The notes: generated from the sequence alone by a model not told the origin. A stretch of DNA of 64,000 nt from an uncultured Verrucomicrobiae bacterium (GCA_963756875.1 CAVWPA010000003.1:1024001-1088000), one strand, 5' to 3'; shown: positions 45,634 to 55,982, counted from the stretch's first letter. Made by a program: numbers and translations.

Positions 45634-47052
45634 ATGCCTGAACCGATTGACCCGACAGCCGCTGAGTACGATTCGCCCACCAGTCAACGGCTGCCGTGTT
45701 CGACAGCGATCCCACCCGAAGTTCCACCGCACGATCCTTACGCAGCGTTTCGTTCGCGCGGCTTCACTTTTTTTACCGCGGGAAATCTACTTTCGATTAT
45801 TGGTCGCCAGATGCTGGCGGTCGCGGTGGAATGGGAAATTTATCAGAGGACGCATTCAGCCACGGCGCTTGGTCTTGTTGGGTTGGTCATCGCAATTCCG
45901 GTAGTGGGACTTTCGCTGCCGGCAGGACATCTGGCCGATCGGTTCAGCCGCAAACATATTCTTCTCATCTCACAAATTTTCAGCGCGTTGACGTCGGTCG
46001 CGCTGGCGTTGGTTTCCTGGAAGCATCTCGTCATTCCGCAGTGGCCGGTCCTGCGATACGGCAACGGAACCTTGAACGCGATCGCGGCCGTTTTCGAACG
46101 ACATCATCCGGCATTTCATTTTGACGACGCCTCCATTCCGTTGATTTACGCTTTGCTTTTAGTTTACGGAACGGCTCGCACGTTTGCCTGGGCGGCGCGC
46201 AGCTCGTTTTTTCCGACGCTGGTGCCGCGGGATGCGTTTGCCAACGCAGTGACCTGGAACAATAGCATCTTTCAAATTGGAACGGTCGTCGGCCCCGGGG
46301 TGAGTGGTCTGCTGATCGCTCACATCGGATTTCCTTTTGTCTATTTGCTCGATGCGATTTGTGCATTCTTGTTTTTTCTGCTCGTACTGCCGATCCACCA
46401 CAGGAGAGGGCCCCGTAATCAGATCGCAAAAAGCACATGGCGAAGTTTCGCCGCCGGGATCCGGTTCGTTCTTGGCAGGAAAGTGATTCTGGCAACGATT
46501 ACCCTCGACCTGTTTGCGGTGCTCCTGGGCGGCGCCACGGCGTTGCTTCCGGTTTTCGCCGACCAAATTTTGCACTGCGGACCAATCGGTCTTGGCTGGA
46601 TGCGCGCGGCGCCGGCCGTTGGCGCATTCGTCATGGCGCTGGCCGTTGCCTATTTGCCGCCGATGCGACAGGCGGGAAAGACATTGCTCTGGTGCGTCAC
46701 CGGGTTCGGAATTGCCACGGTCATTTTCGGCTTATCGACAGCTTTATGGCTGTCGCTCGGCATGCTGTTTTTGATTGGCGCATTCGACAGTGTGAGCGTC
46801 ATCATTCGTGGCTCGATTGTGCAACTGGTTACGCCGGATGAAATGCGCGGCCGGGTTTCGGCCGTGAACAATATTTTCATCGGAACATCGAATGAATTTG
46901 GCGCACTCGAATCCGGTCTCACTGCCGCGCTTTTTGGCCCGGTAATTTCGGTCGTGGGCGGCGGCATCGGAACGATTCTGGTCGTGCTCGCGGTGGCCTT
47001 TGGCTGGTCGGAAACGCGCAAGATCGGCGCGCTGGATCGAACGCTTCAATAG
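45634..47052 (+). CDS. MFS transporter (EntS/DHA3-like)
   Basis: AGHLADRFSRK motif A, ~12 TM helices, LDLFAVLLGGATALLP, TPDEMRGRV. Confidence 0.9.
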   Translation: MPEPIDPTAAEYDSPTSQRLPCSTAIPPEVPPHDPYAAFRSRGFTFFTAGNLLSIIGRQMLAVAVEWEIYQRTHSATALGLVGLVIAIPVVGLSLPAGHLADRFSRKHILLISQIFSALTSVALALVSWKHLVIPQWPVLRYGNGTLNAIAAVFERHHPAFHFDDASIPLIYALLLVYGTARTFAWAARSSFFPTLVPRDAFANAVTWNNSIFQIGTVVGPGVSGLLIAHIGFPFVYLLDAICAFLFFLLVLPIHHRRGPRNQIAKSTWRSFAAGIRFVLGRKVILATITLDLFAVLLGGATALLPVFADQILHCGPIGLGWMRAAPAVGAFVMALAVAYLPPMRQAGKTLLWCVTGFGIATVIFGLSTALWLSLGMLFLIGAFDSVSVIIRGSIVQLVTPDEMRGRVSAVNNIFIGTSNEFGALESGLTAALFGPVISVVGGGIGTILVVLAVAFGWSETRKIGALDRTLQ

Positions 47053-47098
47053 ATTTGTAGGGCGTCTGTGTCAGACGCCGCGTAGATTGGGTTGGTTT

Positions 47099-47890
47099 AT
47101 GAAAATTGCGGCAGCCCAGATTTCCTGCGCGCTCGGCGACTTGAAGGCGAATCTTTGCAAAGTCCGCGAATTTTCGGCGCGCGCCAAGGAATCCGGCGCC
47201 GGGCTTGTCGTCTTTCCCGAGATGGCGGACACCGGCTACTCCATGCCCACAATTCAAAAACATGCGACCTCCTGGAACGAAGGCGCCGTGCCGGAGCTGC
47301 AACAGATTGCCCGGGAATTGTCGCTCGCGATCGTGTGCGGCGTTTCGGAACGTGACGGCGCGAACATCTACAACACGCAAGCTTTTGTCGATGCGAACGG
47401 GGAAATTGTCGCGAAATATCGCAAGACTCACCTGGTAACGGCTGCTCCGCTGGACGAGCGCAGCTGTTTTTCGCCGGGTAACGAGTTTGTCAGTTGTAAG
47501 GTTGGCACGCTGAATCTCGGGCTGAGCATTTGTTACGATCTTCGCTTTCCAGAGATGTGCCGCACGCTCGCTGTCGAACACGGCGTCAATACGTTCATTA
47601 CTTCTTCAGCCTGGCCGTCGGTTCGTGCGGAGCATCTGCGAATCCTGGCCATGGCGCGGGCGATCGAAAACCAATGTTACCTCGTTGTGGCAAACCGCGT
47701 GGGCACGGACGGCGGTGTGACCTTGTGCGGTTTGTCCATGGTTGTCGATCCTTGCGGCGTCCTGGTTGCGGCCGCCTCGACCGATAGCGAGGAGTTGATT
47801 CAGGGGGAAATTTCGGATGAGAAAATCAACGACGCCCGAAAGCGAATGCTGGTGTTCGAGCATCGCCGGCCCGATCTTTACCGATTGTAG
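47099..47890 (+). CDS. Carbon-nitrogen hydrolase (nitrilase superfamily, YafV/MtnU-like amidase)
   Basis: E-K-C triad: VFPEM, YRKTHL, ICYDLRFPE; ARAIENQ, ANRVG, RRPDLY. Confidence 0.92.
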   Translation: MKIAAAQISCALGDLKANLCKVREFSARAKESGAGLVVFPEMADTGYSMPTIQKHATSWNEGAVPELQQIARELSLAIVCGVSERDGANIYNTQAFVDANGEIVAKYRKTHLVTAAPLDERSCFSPGNEFVSCKVGTLNLGLSICYDLRFPEMCRTLAVEHGVNTFITSSAWPSVRAEHLRILAMARAIENQCYLVVANRVGTDGGVTLCGLSMVVDPCGVLVAAASTDSEELIQGEISDEKINDARKRMLVFEHRRPDLYRL

Positions 47891-47979
47891 TGGCGACCGC
47901 GCCGACTGCGAAGACATTGCAAAATGCAGGCCACCCACCTTCGCCTGGCTTCGGCGCGGCAAGCACGCCTGCCGCTACA
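47886..47979. repeat. GTAG-type REP doublet (TGTAGTGGC...GCCGCTACA family); its TAG is the stop of the upstream gene
   Basis: Sister copies at 50964-51026, 52737-52794 and a single arm at 28329-28352. Confidence 0.75.
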
Positions 47980-47992
47980 GAAGATTGACGAC

Positions 47993-48904
47993 TTAAAACG
48001 CGCCATGCAGCGCCACCATCCCGTAAGGCGCTGTGCCGTCCTGGTGGTAGCGCACTTCGGTCCGGAAAAAGTCGAAGCTTCGATATGGTTGGTAGCCGGC
48101 TTCCGCGGTCAACGTAAGGATTGGCGAAATCCTCCAATCGCAGCCTCCGCCCGTTCGCACTTCGCTGTAAGTGAGGACCGCATGGTTTAGCTCCGGCTTT
48201 CCTTGTTTGTCGCCGAAATGGTCGTCCACGCGGTAGTTCGTCTCCTTCACGTTCGCACCCAGATACAGAGTCAGGTTTCTGTTCCAATCAAACTCGATTC
48301 GCGGCGTCGGCAGAACGGCATTCATGACCCATTGTCGAGAAACTTTCCATCGGAATCCGGCAGCCGGAATGACCGGAAACTTGCGCTCAACATCGACGCT
48401 CACCCCGACGACGAACTGCAGGTTCGGATTGTAGATATAAGTGCCGCCAACGATGAAAGGCATGTTGAAGTCGTCCGATAAATTGTTCACTCCGGTGTTA
48501 TACATTCCCGGAGTGCCTTCGAGTCTGATCAGAATCGAATCGGACAACTGGGTATCGAATCCGATGACAAGACCGATCGATTGCAGAGTGTCCGGGAGCA
48601 GAGCGTTCCGCGGAAATCCGAACACAAATCGCTCCCACTCCGCGCCGATCCGGAGCACGCCAATGTTGATCCGCGGAGTGAAAACAAAGCGCAGGATGGC
48701 GTCGCTTTCGTCGAATCCGTCGACCTTGTGCCGTCCGCGCTCCACGCCGGCCTCTCCAACGTAGGTTTCCTCCGCGAGATATTCGCCGGAACGAAAGAAC
48801 GAAACGATGGGTTGGGTAACGGCGTCCTGGCCCGCGGCGAGAGTACTCAAAAGACAAAACCCGGCAGCGACGGCGAGGCGGTTTAGGGCGGGACTTTTTT
48901 TCAT
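47993..48904 (-). CDS. Outer-membrane beta-barrel protein (DUF6268-like), paralog 1
   Basis: Signal peptide, amphipathic strands, LPDTLQ, AVLPTPR, C-terminal Phe (ALHGAF); homologous to 52833..53744. Confidence 0.75.
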   Translation of the reverse strand: MKKSPALNRLAVAAGFCLLSTLAAGQDAVTQPIVSFFRSGEYLAEETYVGEAGVERGRHKVDGFDESDAILRFVFTPRINIGVLRIGAEWERFVFGFPRNALLPDTLQSIGLVIGFDTQLSDSILIRLEGTPGMYNTGVNNLSDDFNMPFIVGGTYIYNPNLQFVVGVSVDVERKFPVIPAAGFRWKVSRQWVMNAVLPTPRIEFDWNRNLTLYLGANVKETNYRVDDHFGDKQGKPELNHAVLTYSEVRTGGGCDWRISPILTLTAEAGYQPYRSFDFFRTEVRYHQDGTAPYGMVALHGAF

Positions 48905-48908
48905 GCGC

Positions 48909-49925
48909 TTAACGCCCGCCGGTGTCGCGACGGAAGAACGTGACCGCTTTGGATACGTTCTTCATCATGGCCGATTCCGACCCGAGCCGCTCGATTCCGT
49001 GCAAATCGGCCAGGGAAGCCGCCGAAGTCATATCGCCGCGCCAGACCAGCGTGGAAGCTTTTCCATCCACAGTCACGGGCCACAATTGATAAAGCGTAAG
49101 GGCGACGTAGTACCCGCCGCTGGCATAATAAAGGGCATCTGCTGATTGCCGCGTTCCGTTCGCGCCAGCGCGACTGTAAGAGGCGCCCAGCGTGACTACG
49201 CCCTGATCGTCCACATCGAGCAGTTCCCAATAAAGTTCCGGCGTCAATGAGCCGGCGCCGCGACCAATCGCGGTCTTGGCAAGAAAACCGGAAAACTGTT
49301 TGCGAATCTTGTCCTGATTTTTCAACAGCGAGTTGAATTCCTCGCCCGGACGAATGGTCTCGCCGCTGTAATTGTAAGGCGGTTGCGCGGAAGTCCCGCC
49401 GGAGACGAAGCTTTTTGTTCGTGCAGTCAGCACATCGCTCCAAAAATTCACGACGGCTGCCGGCATGGTCTCGTTCCCGCCGCCTTCGCCGGAAAGTTTT
49501 TTCGCTTCTTCTTTGCTGATTTGCAGATCCGAGCTGAGTTTTTCTGTCGCGTTTACAAATGCGTGCACGGAGCCGTTGTCAGGCGCGTCCTTTAATCTGG
49601 AGAAGTCGGCCGCGGTCGGCGATGCGGAAAGATCGGAGTGCAGGAAGACCTTCAACTCTGAATGTTTGGTCGGGTTCCATTTTTGCTGCGCTTCGAGTTC
49701 TTTGTCGGGAGCGCGGGAGACGACGTAAACACTTTCCACGGAAAGAAAACGTCCGCCCATCGGCGGACCGTGCGCCGTTTTGACATCGCCCTTCGCTAAC
49801 TCGTTGATGTCGACATTGTCGAATACGGAAAAGCTGGCCAGTTCGGACACAGCATCGGCATGCGCGGCTATCGGGCCCGCGAGCAAGAGCACGAGTGGAA
49901 GTGACAACGGGAATAAATAGCGCAT
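48909..49925 (-). CDS. Exported hypothetical protein
   Basis: Signal peptide MRYLFPLSLPLVLLLAGPIAAHA; soluble alpha/beta composition; 4 nt from the barrel gene. Confidence 0.75.
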   Translation of the reverse strand: MRYLFPLSLPLVLLLAGPIAAHADAVSELASFSVFDNVDINELAKGDVKTAHGPPMGGRFLSVESVYVVSRAPDKELEAQQKWNPTKHSELKVFLHSDLSASPTAADFSRLKDAPDNGSVHAFVNATEKLSSDLQISKEEAKKLSGEGGGNETMPAAVVNFWSDVLTARTKSFVSGGTSAQPPYNYSGETIRPGEEFNSLLKNQDKIRKQFSGFLAKTAIGRGAGSLTPELYWELLDVDDQGVVTLGASYSRAGANGTRQSADALYYASGGYYVALTLYQLWPVTVDGKASTLVWRGDMTSAASLADLHGIERLGSESAMMKNVSKAVTFFRRDTGGR

Positions 49926-50011
49926 GATTTGGAATCTAATTGGCAGACTAACTAATCGCTGGCGGCCCATGGTTGCAAATGCGATCACATCATCGCAATA
50001 GCTTTTAAGCC

Positions 50012-50956
50012 ATGGAACCAGTAATCGCGCTTGATCACCTGAGCAAAAGCTTCGGTAATGTCCACGCCGTCAAGGATGTCACCCTTGCAATCGCACCCGG
50101 GGCCATCTTTGGCTTTCTTGGCGCCAACGGCGCGGGCAAGACCACGACGATCCGGATGCTGTGCGGGCTGACGCATCCGACCAGTGGCAGGGCGGCGATC
50201 GCTGGAAATGATGTTTGGCATAATCGGAAGCTTGCGCGCACGAAATTTGGCTACGTTGCACAGCGCTTCAGCTTGTATCCCGATCTGACGGTCGAGGAAA
50301 ATTTTCGTTTTTTCGGCGGGGCCTGTCGCGTGCCGGCCAATGAATTGAACGAACGCCTCGCCCGTTTGCTGAACCTGACCGACCTTGAGGAAAAGCGCAG
50401 CACACCTGCCGGAAGTTTGTCCGGCGGAATGCGGCAGCTGCTTTCCCTCGGCTGCGCGCTGGTGCACGACCCGCCCTTGCTCTTTCTCGATGAACCGACT
50501 TCAGGTCTCGATCCGGTGCATCGGCAACAAATTTGGGACCTGCTCTACGACTTGAGCCATGCCGGGAAGACGATTTTTGTCACGACACATTACATGGATG
50601 AAGCCGAGCGCTGCACGGAAGTCGGTTTTCTGGAAAGCGGCCGGCTGCTGGCGAAAGCCTCCCCGCGCCATTTGAAAGCGAGCTTTCGAGCGAAGCTGCT
50701 GGAAATCGATGTCGATCCAGTCATGCCGGCACTGGTGCGATTGCGAAACGTCCCCGAAATTCTTGGAGTCTCGCTGCGCAGCGGCGCACTGCGGATCTAT
50801 TCCGCGGATTCCGAAAAGTTAATGGCAGACTGGCGAACGAACTGGCCTTACTCGGATTTGCGGTTGTCAGGCGGACGCTGGGTCGAGCCGGACATGGAAG
50901 ATGTTTTTACCGCCTATTCTCAGGGCTACGATTCCATGCTGAAAGGAGCCGCCTGA
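50012..50956 (+). CDS. ABC-2-type exporter ATPase
   Basis: GANGAGKTT, LSGGMRQ, FLDEPTSGLDP, TTHYMDEAE. Confidence 0.94.
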   Translation: MEPVIALDHLSKSFGNVHAVKDVTLAIAPGAIFGFLGANGAGKTTTIRMLCGLTHPTSGRAAIAGNDVWHNRKLARTKFGYVAQRFSLYPDLTVEENFRFFGGACRVPANELNERLARLLNLTDLEEKRSTPAGSLSGGMRQLLSLGCALVHDPPLLFLDEPTSGLDPVHRQQIWDLLYDLSHAGKTIFVTTHYMDEAERCTEVGFLESGRLLAKASPRHLKASFRAKLLEIDVDPVMPALVRLRNVPEILGVSLRSGALRIYSADSEKLMADWRTNWPYSDLRLSGGRWVEPDMEDVFTAYSQGYDSMLKGAA

Positions 50957-50963
50957 TGAAGAC

Positions 50964-51026
50964 TGTAGTGGCAGCCGTGCCGGTTGCGGCTTGCGATATT
51001 CTGCAGGCGACACGCCCGCCGCTACA
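50964..51026. repeat. GTAG-type REP doublet inside the ABC operon
   Basis: tgtagtggcagccgtg...gcaggcgacacgcccgccgctaca. Confidence 0.85.
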
Positions 51027-51044
51027 GAGGAAAGGATCGGCTTC

Positions 51045-52232
51045 ATGAAATCTGCTTCGCTTAACGCCATTTCCAGCGTCGCGTACAAGGAATTCCTTCA
51101 TATTTACCGGGACAAGCGCATTCTCATTTTGCTGCTTATTTTGCCGCCCCTTTTCACTTTGATTTTCGGCCACGCCTTTGAAGCCAACGAGTTGACCGGC
51201 GTGCCGGCGCTGTTGATCAATCGCGACAACACGCCGCTCACACAGCGTTTTATCGACATCGTCTCGAAGAACAAAACGTTCGATTGGCGCAGGATGCCGC
51301 CGGACATCACCAACGAATCCGATTTGCTCGGACATCATGTGCAGGCTGCGCTGGTCATCCCGTCCGGCTGGAGTGAGAGCTTGAGAAACGGCGATCCGAA
51401 GCCGCTCCCGCTTTACCTCGACGGGAGCGACACGAACACGGCGAACGAACTGGAGGGCAGCATCCGGGAGAGCCTCGGCGATTTCCAAATGAAAGAGCGC
51501 GATCGGATCGTCGAGGCGTTACCGGAGGAAGTGCTCGAGCTCGGGAAAAAACTGCCGCTCGCGGTGCGGAAACAATTCGTCTCGCTCATGACTGCGTGGG
51601 GCACCGCAAGCAAAATTCTCTATAACCCAAAAGAACGGTTCATCGATTACGTGGTGCCCGGGATCATCGGCCTCATTTTGCAATTGCTCACGGTGACATT
51701 GATGGCCTGCACCATTGCCCGCGAGCGCGAGGCCGGCACGCTATACCAATTGCTGGTCACCTCGCTCCAACGCCGCGAAATCGTGATCGGAAAAATTCTG
51801 CCTTACCTGGCAGTGTCCATCCTATTGATCGCCATGATCATGGCGCTGAGTGCCTGGCATTTTGGCGTCCGATTTTATCAACCTTCCGTTTTGGCGTTAA
51901 TCTGCCTGCTCTTCCTTCTCTGCTCGCTTGGTCTGGGTCTGCTCATTTCTGCTTTTTCGCGAACGCAAACGCAAGCGATTCAATTTTCCGTTTTCTTTTT
52001 GCTGCCGGTTTTCGTCTTGTCCGGCGCCTTCGCGCCGCTCCAGCAATTGCCGCAGGGGATTCGTTATATCTCGGAGATTTTTCCGCTTACGCATTTCTGT
52101 CGCGCCTTTCGGCTCGTGAACATGTATCACGCCGGCGCCTCGTTTTATGCTGTCGATCTTGTTGCGCTTTTGGCCGGTGCTTTCATCACTTTCATTGGCG
52201 CGGCGTTTCTGCTCAAGCGGATCGAAGAATAA
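51045..52232 (+). CDS. ABC-2-type exporter permease (YbhR/S-like)
   Basis: KEFLHIYRD, DGSDTN, YNP, VPGIIG, REREAGT, GKILPY, LSG, PLTHF. Confidence 0.92.
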   Translation: MKSASLNAISSVAYKEFLHIYRDKRILILLLILPPLFTLIFGHAFEANELTGVPALLINRDNTPLTQRFIDIVSKNKTFDWRRMPPDITNESDLLGHHVQAALVIPSGWSESLRNGDPKPLPLYLDGSDTNTANELEGSIRESLGDFQMKERDRIVEALPEEVLELGKKLPLAVRKQFVSLMTAWGTASKILYNPKERFIDYVVPGIIGLILQLLTVTLMACTIAREREAGTLYQLLVTSLQRREIVIGKILPYLAVSILLIAMIMALSAWHFGVRFYQPSVLALICLLFLLCSLGLGLLISAFSRTQTQAIQFSVFFLLPVFVLSGAFAPLQQLPQGIRYISEIFPLTHFCRAFRLVNMYHAGASFYAVDLVALLAGAFITFIGAAFLLKRIEE

Positions 52233-52318
52233 AAGATCGGTAACCAGGGTAAGATGGATGAAAGCGGCGGCAGTAGTTGTGGGCGAAAGCGATTCCTGAT
52301 TAGAGCGATTCAATCAAT

Positions 52319-52729
52319 ATGAGCAAACAACGGGCGCGATGGTGCTTAACGACCGCAATGTTAACGATATTTTGCCTGGGCACCGTTTGCGCAGCATCGG
52401 GGAGTGCCGACAACTCGGTTCCGCAGGATGTGTTTGATGGAATGCGCCGGAATTTTCGTGCCGGCAAGGCCCGGGGCGTGCACGCGCGCTATCAATGGGA
52501 ATTGAGCGGACCGAACGGTGGCGAATGGTGGATCGATGTGAACGACGGCACCTTCCGCATGGGCAGGGGAAGGATCAACAACCCAAGCGTCACATTTACT
52601 ACCAGCGACAGGGACTGGGTTGCCATGTCGAACGGAAAACTCAGCGGCACATGGGCGTTTCTAACCGGCCGGCTGAAAGTTAGAGGCGATCGGCGAGTGG
52701 CCCGAAAGCTCGACGAAATTTTCCCTTAG
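52319..52729 (+). CDS. SCP2 sterol/lipid-carrier domain protein with predicted signal peptide
   Basis: YQWELSGPNGGEWWIDV, DWVAMSNGKL, AFLTGRLKVRGD (SCP2 signature); hydrophobic N-terminus ending ASGSA. Confidence 0.85.
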   Translation: MSKQRARWCLTTAMLTIFCLGTVCAASGSADNSVPQDVFDGMRRNFRAGKARGVHARYQWELSGPNGGEWWIDVNDGTFRMGRGRINNPSVTFTTSDRDWVAMSNGKLSGTWAFLTGRLKVRGDRRVARKLDEIFP

Positions 52730-52736
52730 AAATTCT

Positions 52737-52794
52737 TGTAGTGGCAGCCGTGTCGGCTGCGTCCCTTCTTGCAGGCGACACGCCTGCCTCTACA
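52737..52794. repeat. GTAG-type REP doublet between convergent genes
   Basis: tgtagtggcagccgtgtcggctgc...gcaggcgacacgcctgcctctaca. Confidence 0.85.
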
Positions 52795-52832
52795 GGTCAA
52801 ACAAAGAGGCTTTCGACAAAGCGCGATGCGTT

Positions 52833-53744
52833 TTAGAACCTTGCCTCGATCTGGACTTGGAAGTAGGGCGCCGGGTCCAGCTTCGCGCGGGTGCTGGCGC
52901 GAAAAAAGTCGAATTCGCGGAAGAAAGTATAGCCGGCACTGGCGATGATCCGAAACGGTTTTATTCCGGTGTATCTCGCCTGCAATCCAATCCGGTCCTC
53001 GTTGTATTGCACAACGGCATTGTGCAATTGCAATTTCTTTTCGGGAGTTACCACGTCATCGGTACGGAAGCTTTCGTAGAAGAGATCGCCTTGCAACCGG
53101 AGCTGCAAATCGTCGGTGGCGTCGTAAACCAGCGCAGGTTTTGGGAAAACAGCCAGGAGCCGCACCTTGTTTGTGAAAAGCCAGATGATGCCACCACCAG
53201 GAGCGATCGGCGGATTCTGGTAACGGCCCCAGCCCAGCCCGATGACAGCGAAAATCTCGTCCTTTTTGAGCGGGAAGGTCACGAAGGCCTTCCCCGGAAC
53301 GTCAATAGCATCGCCGGTAACTTTGTCCTGAAAGTAAACTCCCGGATCGAGTTCGATTCCAGCGGCGGCCTGATCGTGCACCACGTACTCGCAGGCTACG
53401 TGGCCATAGGCTGCCTGAAGGTGATCGGGGAGTCCATTGTTCGTGCCGCCGAAATCAAACCGCTCGTATTCGATGCCGGTGCGGAAGTACCAGTTGCCGG
53501 TAATGAGAAAGCGATGGTCGTAGGTGAAGTCGTCGTAGAGTGAGTCGCCATGACCGAGTTTGCCCCGGTCGTTTTTGAAATCGCTTTGCAGCGTATACAG
53601 AGTTTGGGTGGAAAAAAGATCGAGCGAAGTTTCTTTTGGCGCCGGATTTGGCGAAGGTTGCGGCGCTGCGTCTTCCATGGCGGTGCAAATGGAGGTAGCA
53701 GCAGCGAGAAGCAATCCGGCGAACAGAAATCGGAGTTTTTCCAT
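52833..53744 (-). CDS. Outer-membrane beta-barrel protein (DUF6268-like), paralog 2
   Basis: Signal peptide; shares YERFDFG, LPDHLQ, AVFPKP, AVVQYNE, FDFFR and C-terminal Phe with 47993..48904. Confidence 0.75.
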   Translation of the reverse strand: MEKLRFLFAGLLLAAATSICTAMEDAAPQPSPNPAPKETSLDLFSTQTLYTLQSDFKNDRGKLGHGDSLYDDFTYDHRFLITGNWYFRTGIEYERFDFGGTNNGLPDHLQAAYGHVACEYVVHDQAAAGIELDPGVYFQDKVTGDAIDVPGKAFVTFPLKKDEIFAVIGLGWGRYQNPPIAPGGGIIWLFTNKVRLLAVFPKPALVYDATDDLQLRLQGDLFYESFRTDDVVTPEKKLQLHNAVVQYNEDRIGLQARYTGIKPFRIIASAGYTFFREFDFFRASTRAKLDPAPYFQVQIEARF

Positions 53745-53949
53745 ATCGTTAACGCTTGATGCCGATGAATCGCATCGGCGACACCGGATCGATGTATCGG
53801 ATTAGATGTGTTTCAGCAAGTGAATCCTTCTGAAATGATTTGTGAAGCATGGAACGACGTTGGCAAACGGTGCCGACAGAAACGTCGTTTGACTGTCTCG
53901 CGCGCTCGGAGGCGCTGTGCGATAAAGAGGTGACTGCTGATCCCAACGA

Positions 53950-54954
53950 ATGAAAGCGCCAGGAAAAATCCAGCTGACTCTTTATCTGCTTTTTTTCGCC
54001 GGGGCCGCTTTGTTTACCGGCCTACTGATTCGGGAAGGCGCCTCGCAAGTCGGCGCCGCACTTGTGGCCGCAGGGTGGGGAATTGCCGCAGTTGTGGCTT
54101 ACCACCTTGTTCCGCTTTTCTTCGATGCAGTTTCCTGGTGGGTGCTCTTGCCGTCATCCGACCGTCTGCCGCTGCGTAAATTTTTTTGGATGCGCTGGAT
54201 CGGCGAATCGGTGAGCACGCTGGTTCCTTCGGCCGCAGTCGGTGGCGACATTGTTCGCGCGCGCCTTGCGGCGATTGGGAGCGTGCCATTGCCGATGGCT
54301 GCGGGAAGCGTGCTGGTGGATGTCACGCTGGGTATTTTTATGCAGGCTGCATTCACATTATTCGGGCTGGTGCTGCTCGTGGGCGCGACCAGCCAGAGAA
54401 GTTTTGTCGGCCCGACTTTGCTCGGAACGCTCGCAGGTGTTCTGGCCGTTGGCGGCTTCTATTTCGTGCAACGGCTGGGCATGTTTCGTTTTCTGGGACG
54501 GATCGTCGCCCGTCTGGCACGCTCGCCGGAGTGGCAATCGCTCGTGCAGAGCGGCGAGGTTTTGGATCGAGCTGTCCGAACACTTTATCGGCACTGGCCC
54601 GCCGTGCTGTTGTGTTGCGTAACGACCATTGTTTCGCTCCTGGGCGGTTCGGGCGAAATCTGGATTGCGCTTCACGTCCTTGGTCTGCATGCAACAGTGG
54701 TTCACGCGCTCATCCTGCAAAGCATGGTGCTAACGGTCCGCTCGGTGGCCTTTCCCGTTCCCGGAGGCCTCGGTGTGCAGGAAGGCGGCTATCTTTTCGT
54801 TGGCAGCCTTCTCGGCATTCCCGGTCACGACGCTCTTGCTCTTTCTTTAATCGGGAGAGTGCGCGAGCTCGCTCTCGGCGTTCCCGGACTGGTTTGCTGG
54901 CAAGTGATTGAAGGGCGCCGCCTCTGGCGGGCCCGGGCGGGAGCGGCCGGTTAA
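53950..54954 (+). CDS. Lysylphosphatidylglycerol-synthase TM / flippase-like protein (HpnL-like)
   Basis: RWIGESVSTLVPSAAVGGDIVRA, VPGGLGVQEGG, RVRELALGVPG; ~8 TM helices. Confidence 0.8.
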   Translation: MKAPGKIQLTLYLLFFAGAALFTGLLIREGASQVGAALVAAGWGIAAVVAYHLVPLFFDAVSWWVLLPSSDRLPLRKFFWMRWIGESVSTLVPSAAVGGDIVRARLAAIGSVPLPMAAGSVLVDVTLGIFMQAAFTLFGLVLLVGATSQRSFVGPTLLGTLAGVLAVGGFYFVQRLGMFRFLGRIVARLARSPEWQSLVQSGEVLDRAVRTLYRHWPAVLLCCVTTIVSLLGGSGEIWIALHVLGLHATVVHALILQSMVLTVRSVAFPVPGGLGVQEGGYLFVGSLLGIPGHDALALSLIGRVRELALGVPGLVCWQVIEGRRLWRARAGAAG

Positions 54955-55067
54955 GCAGTCAGCCCCGACTGCCTTTGGGAAAACTGGCCCCGGGGCGGCA
55001 AATCCTCCCGCCGAACGGCTGAGGCCTGAAAACTTCAGCCCATTTTCGGAGATGGATTGCGATTTTC

Positions 55068-55820
55068 CTACTGTCCCGAAAGCGAAATCGTTTCGCCGAC
55101 TTTCATTACACGCAGCTCGGCCTTTACGCCGCGCTCTTTTAATTCTCGATTGAACATGTCCGGTGTGCCGGTCAAAACGGGAAACGTTCCGTAATGCATG
55201 GGAATCACCGTGCGCGGGCCGACCAATTTCACCGCGTCGGCTGCTCGTCTCGGGTCCATCGTGAAATGGTCGCCGATACAAACCAGCATGACGTCGATCT
55301 TGTTGTAGCGGGAGACCAGCGCCATGTCCGAAAACAAATCGGTGTCGCCCGTATGATAAAATGTTGGCCCGCCACGAATCGCGATGATTAGGCCGCCTGG
55401 TGTCCCGCCGTAAATCGGCGCTGAGTTTTCATCCGTCACAACCCCAGCGCCGTGCCAAGCCGGCACAAAAGTGACCGATACTTCGTCCTCAAGCAGGTGA
55501 AGTGTCCCGCCGAAATGTCCGGTGGTTTCCGCGTCCGCCAGCTCGTTCGGATAGCCGAGCCCGTTTACCATCGCTGCTGACAAATCGAACGTTGCGACCA
55601 GTTTCGCGCCTGTCTTTTTTCCGATTTCCACCGCGTTGCCGACGTGATCGGAATGTCCATGCGTGATCAGGATCAGATCGACGCGTTTTAAGCGCGTGAT
55701 TTCGTCCTGGCCTTCCGCGTAAACTGGATTTGTAAGCCAGGGATCGACGAGTAAAACGTTGCCCGCCGGCGTAACAATTTTGAAACCCGATTGACCGTAC
55801 CAAGTGAGTTGCGTTTCCAT
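55068..55820 (-). CDS. UPF0173-type MBL-fold metal-dependent hydrolase
   Basis: LTWYGQSGF, LVDPWLTNP, THGHSDHVG, YHTGDT, IGDHFTM, PMHYGTFP. Confidence 0.9.
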   Translation of the reverse strand: METQLTWYGQSGFKIVTPAGNVLLVDPWLTNPVYAEGQDEITRLKRVDLILITHGHSDHVGNAVEIGKKTGAKLVATFDLSAAMVNGLGYPNELADAETTGHFGGTLHLLEDEVSVTFVPAWHGAGVVTDENSAPIYGGTPGGLIIAIRGGPTFYHTGDTDLFSDMALVSRYNKIDVMLVCIGDHFTMDPRRAADAVKLVGPRTVIPMHYGTFPVLTGTPDMFNRELKERGVKAELRVMKVGETISLSGQ

Positions 55821-55943
55821 GCGAATCACCAAACCGAAAAGATCCCGTTCGGCAAGCGACATGACCAAAATCACGAAGCACGAATGGAGGTAATGACGAG
55901 GCCCGAATGACGAACGGCGAATTAACACAAAAGAGTGTTTCAG

Positions 55944-55982
55944 CAGCGCAACTTGACTGCTTTAAGCAGTCAAGCTAACGAG
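55944..55982. repeat. Intergenic palindrome CTTGACTGCT-N3-AGCAGTCAAG, nested in a larger AATGACGAA...TTCGTCATT palindrome
   Basis: Twin of 39463-39500. Confidence 0.8.
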
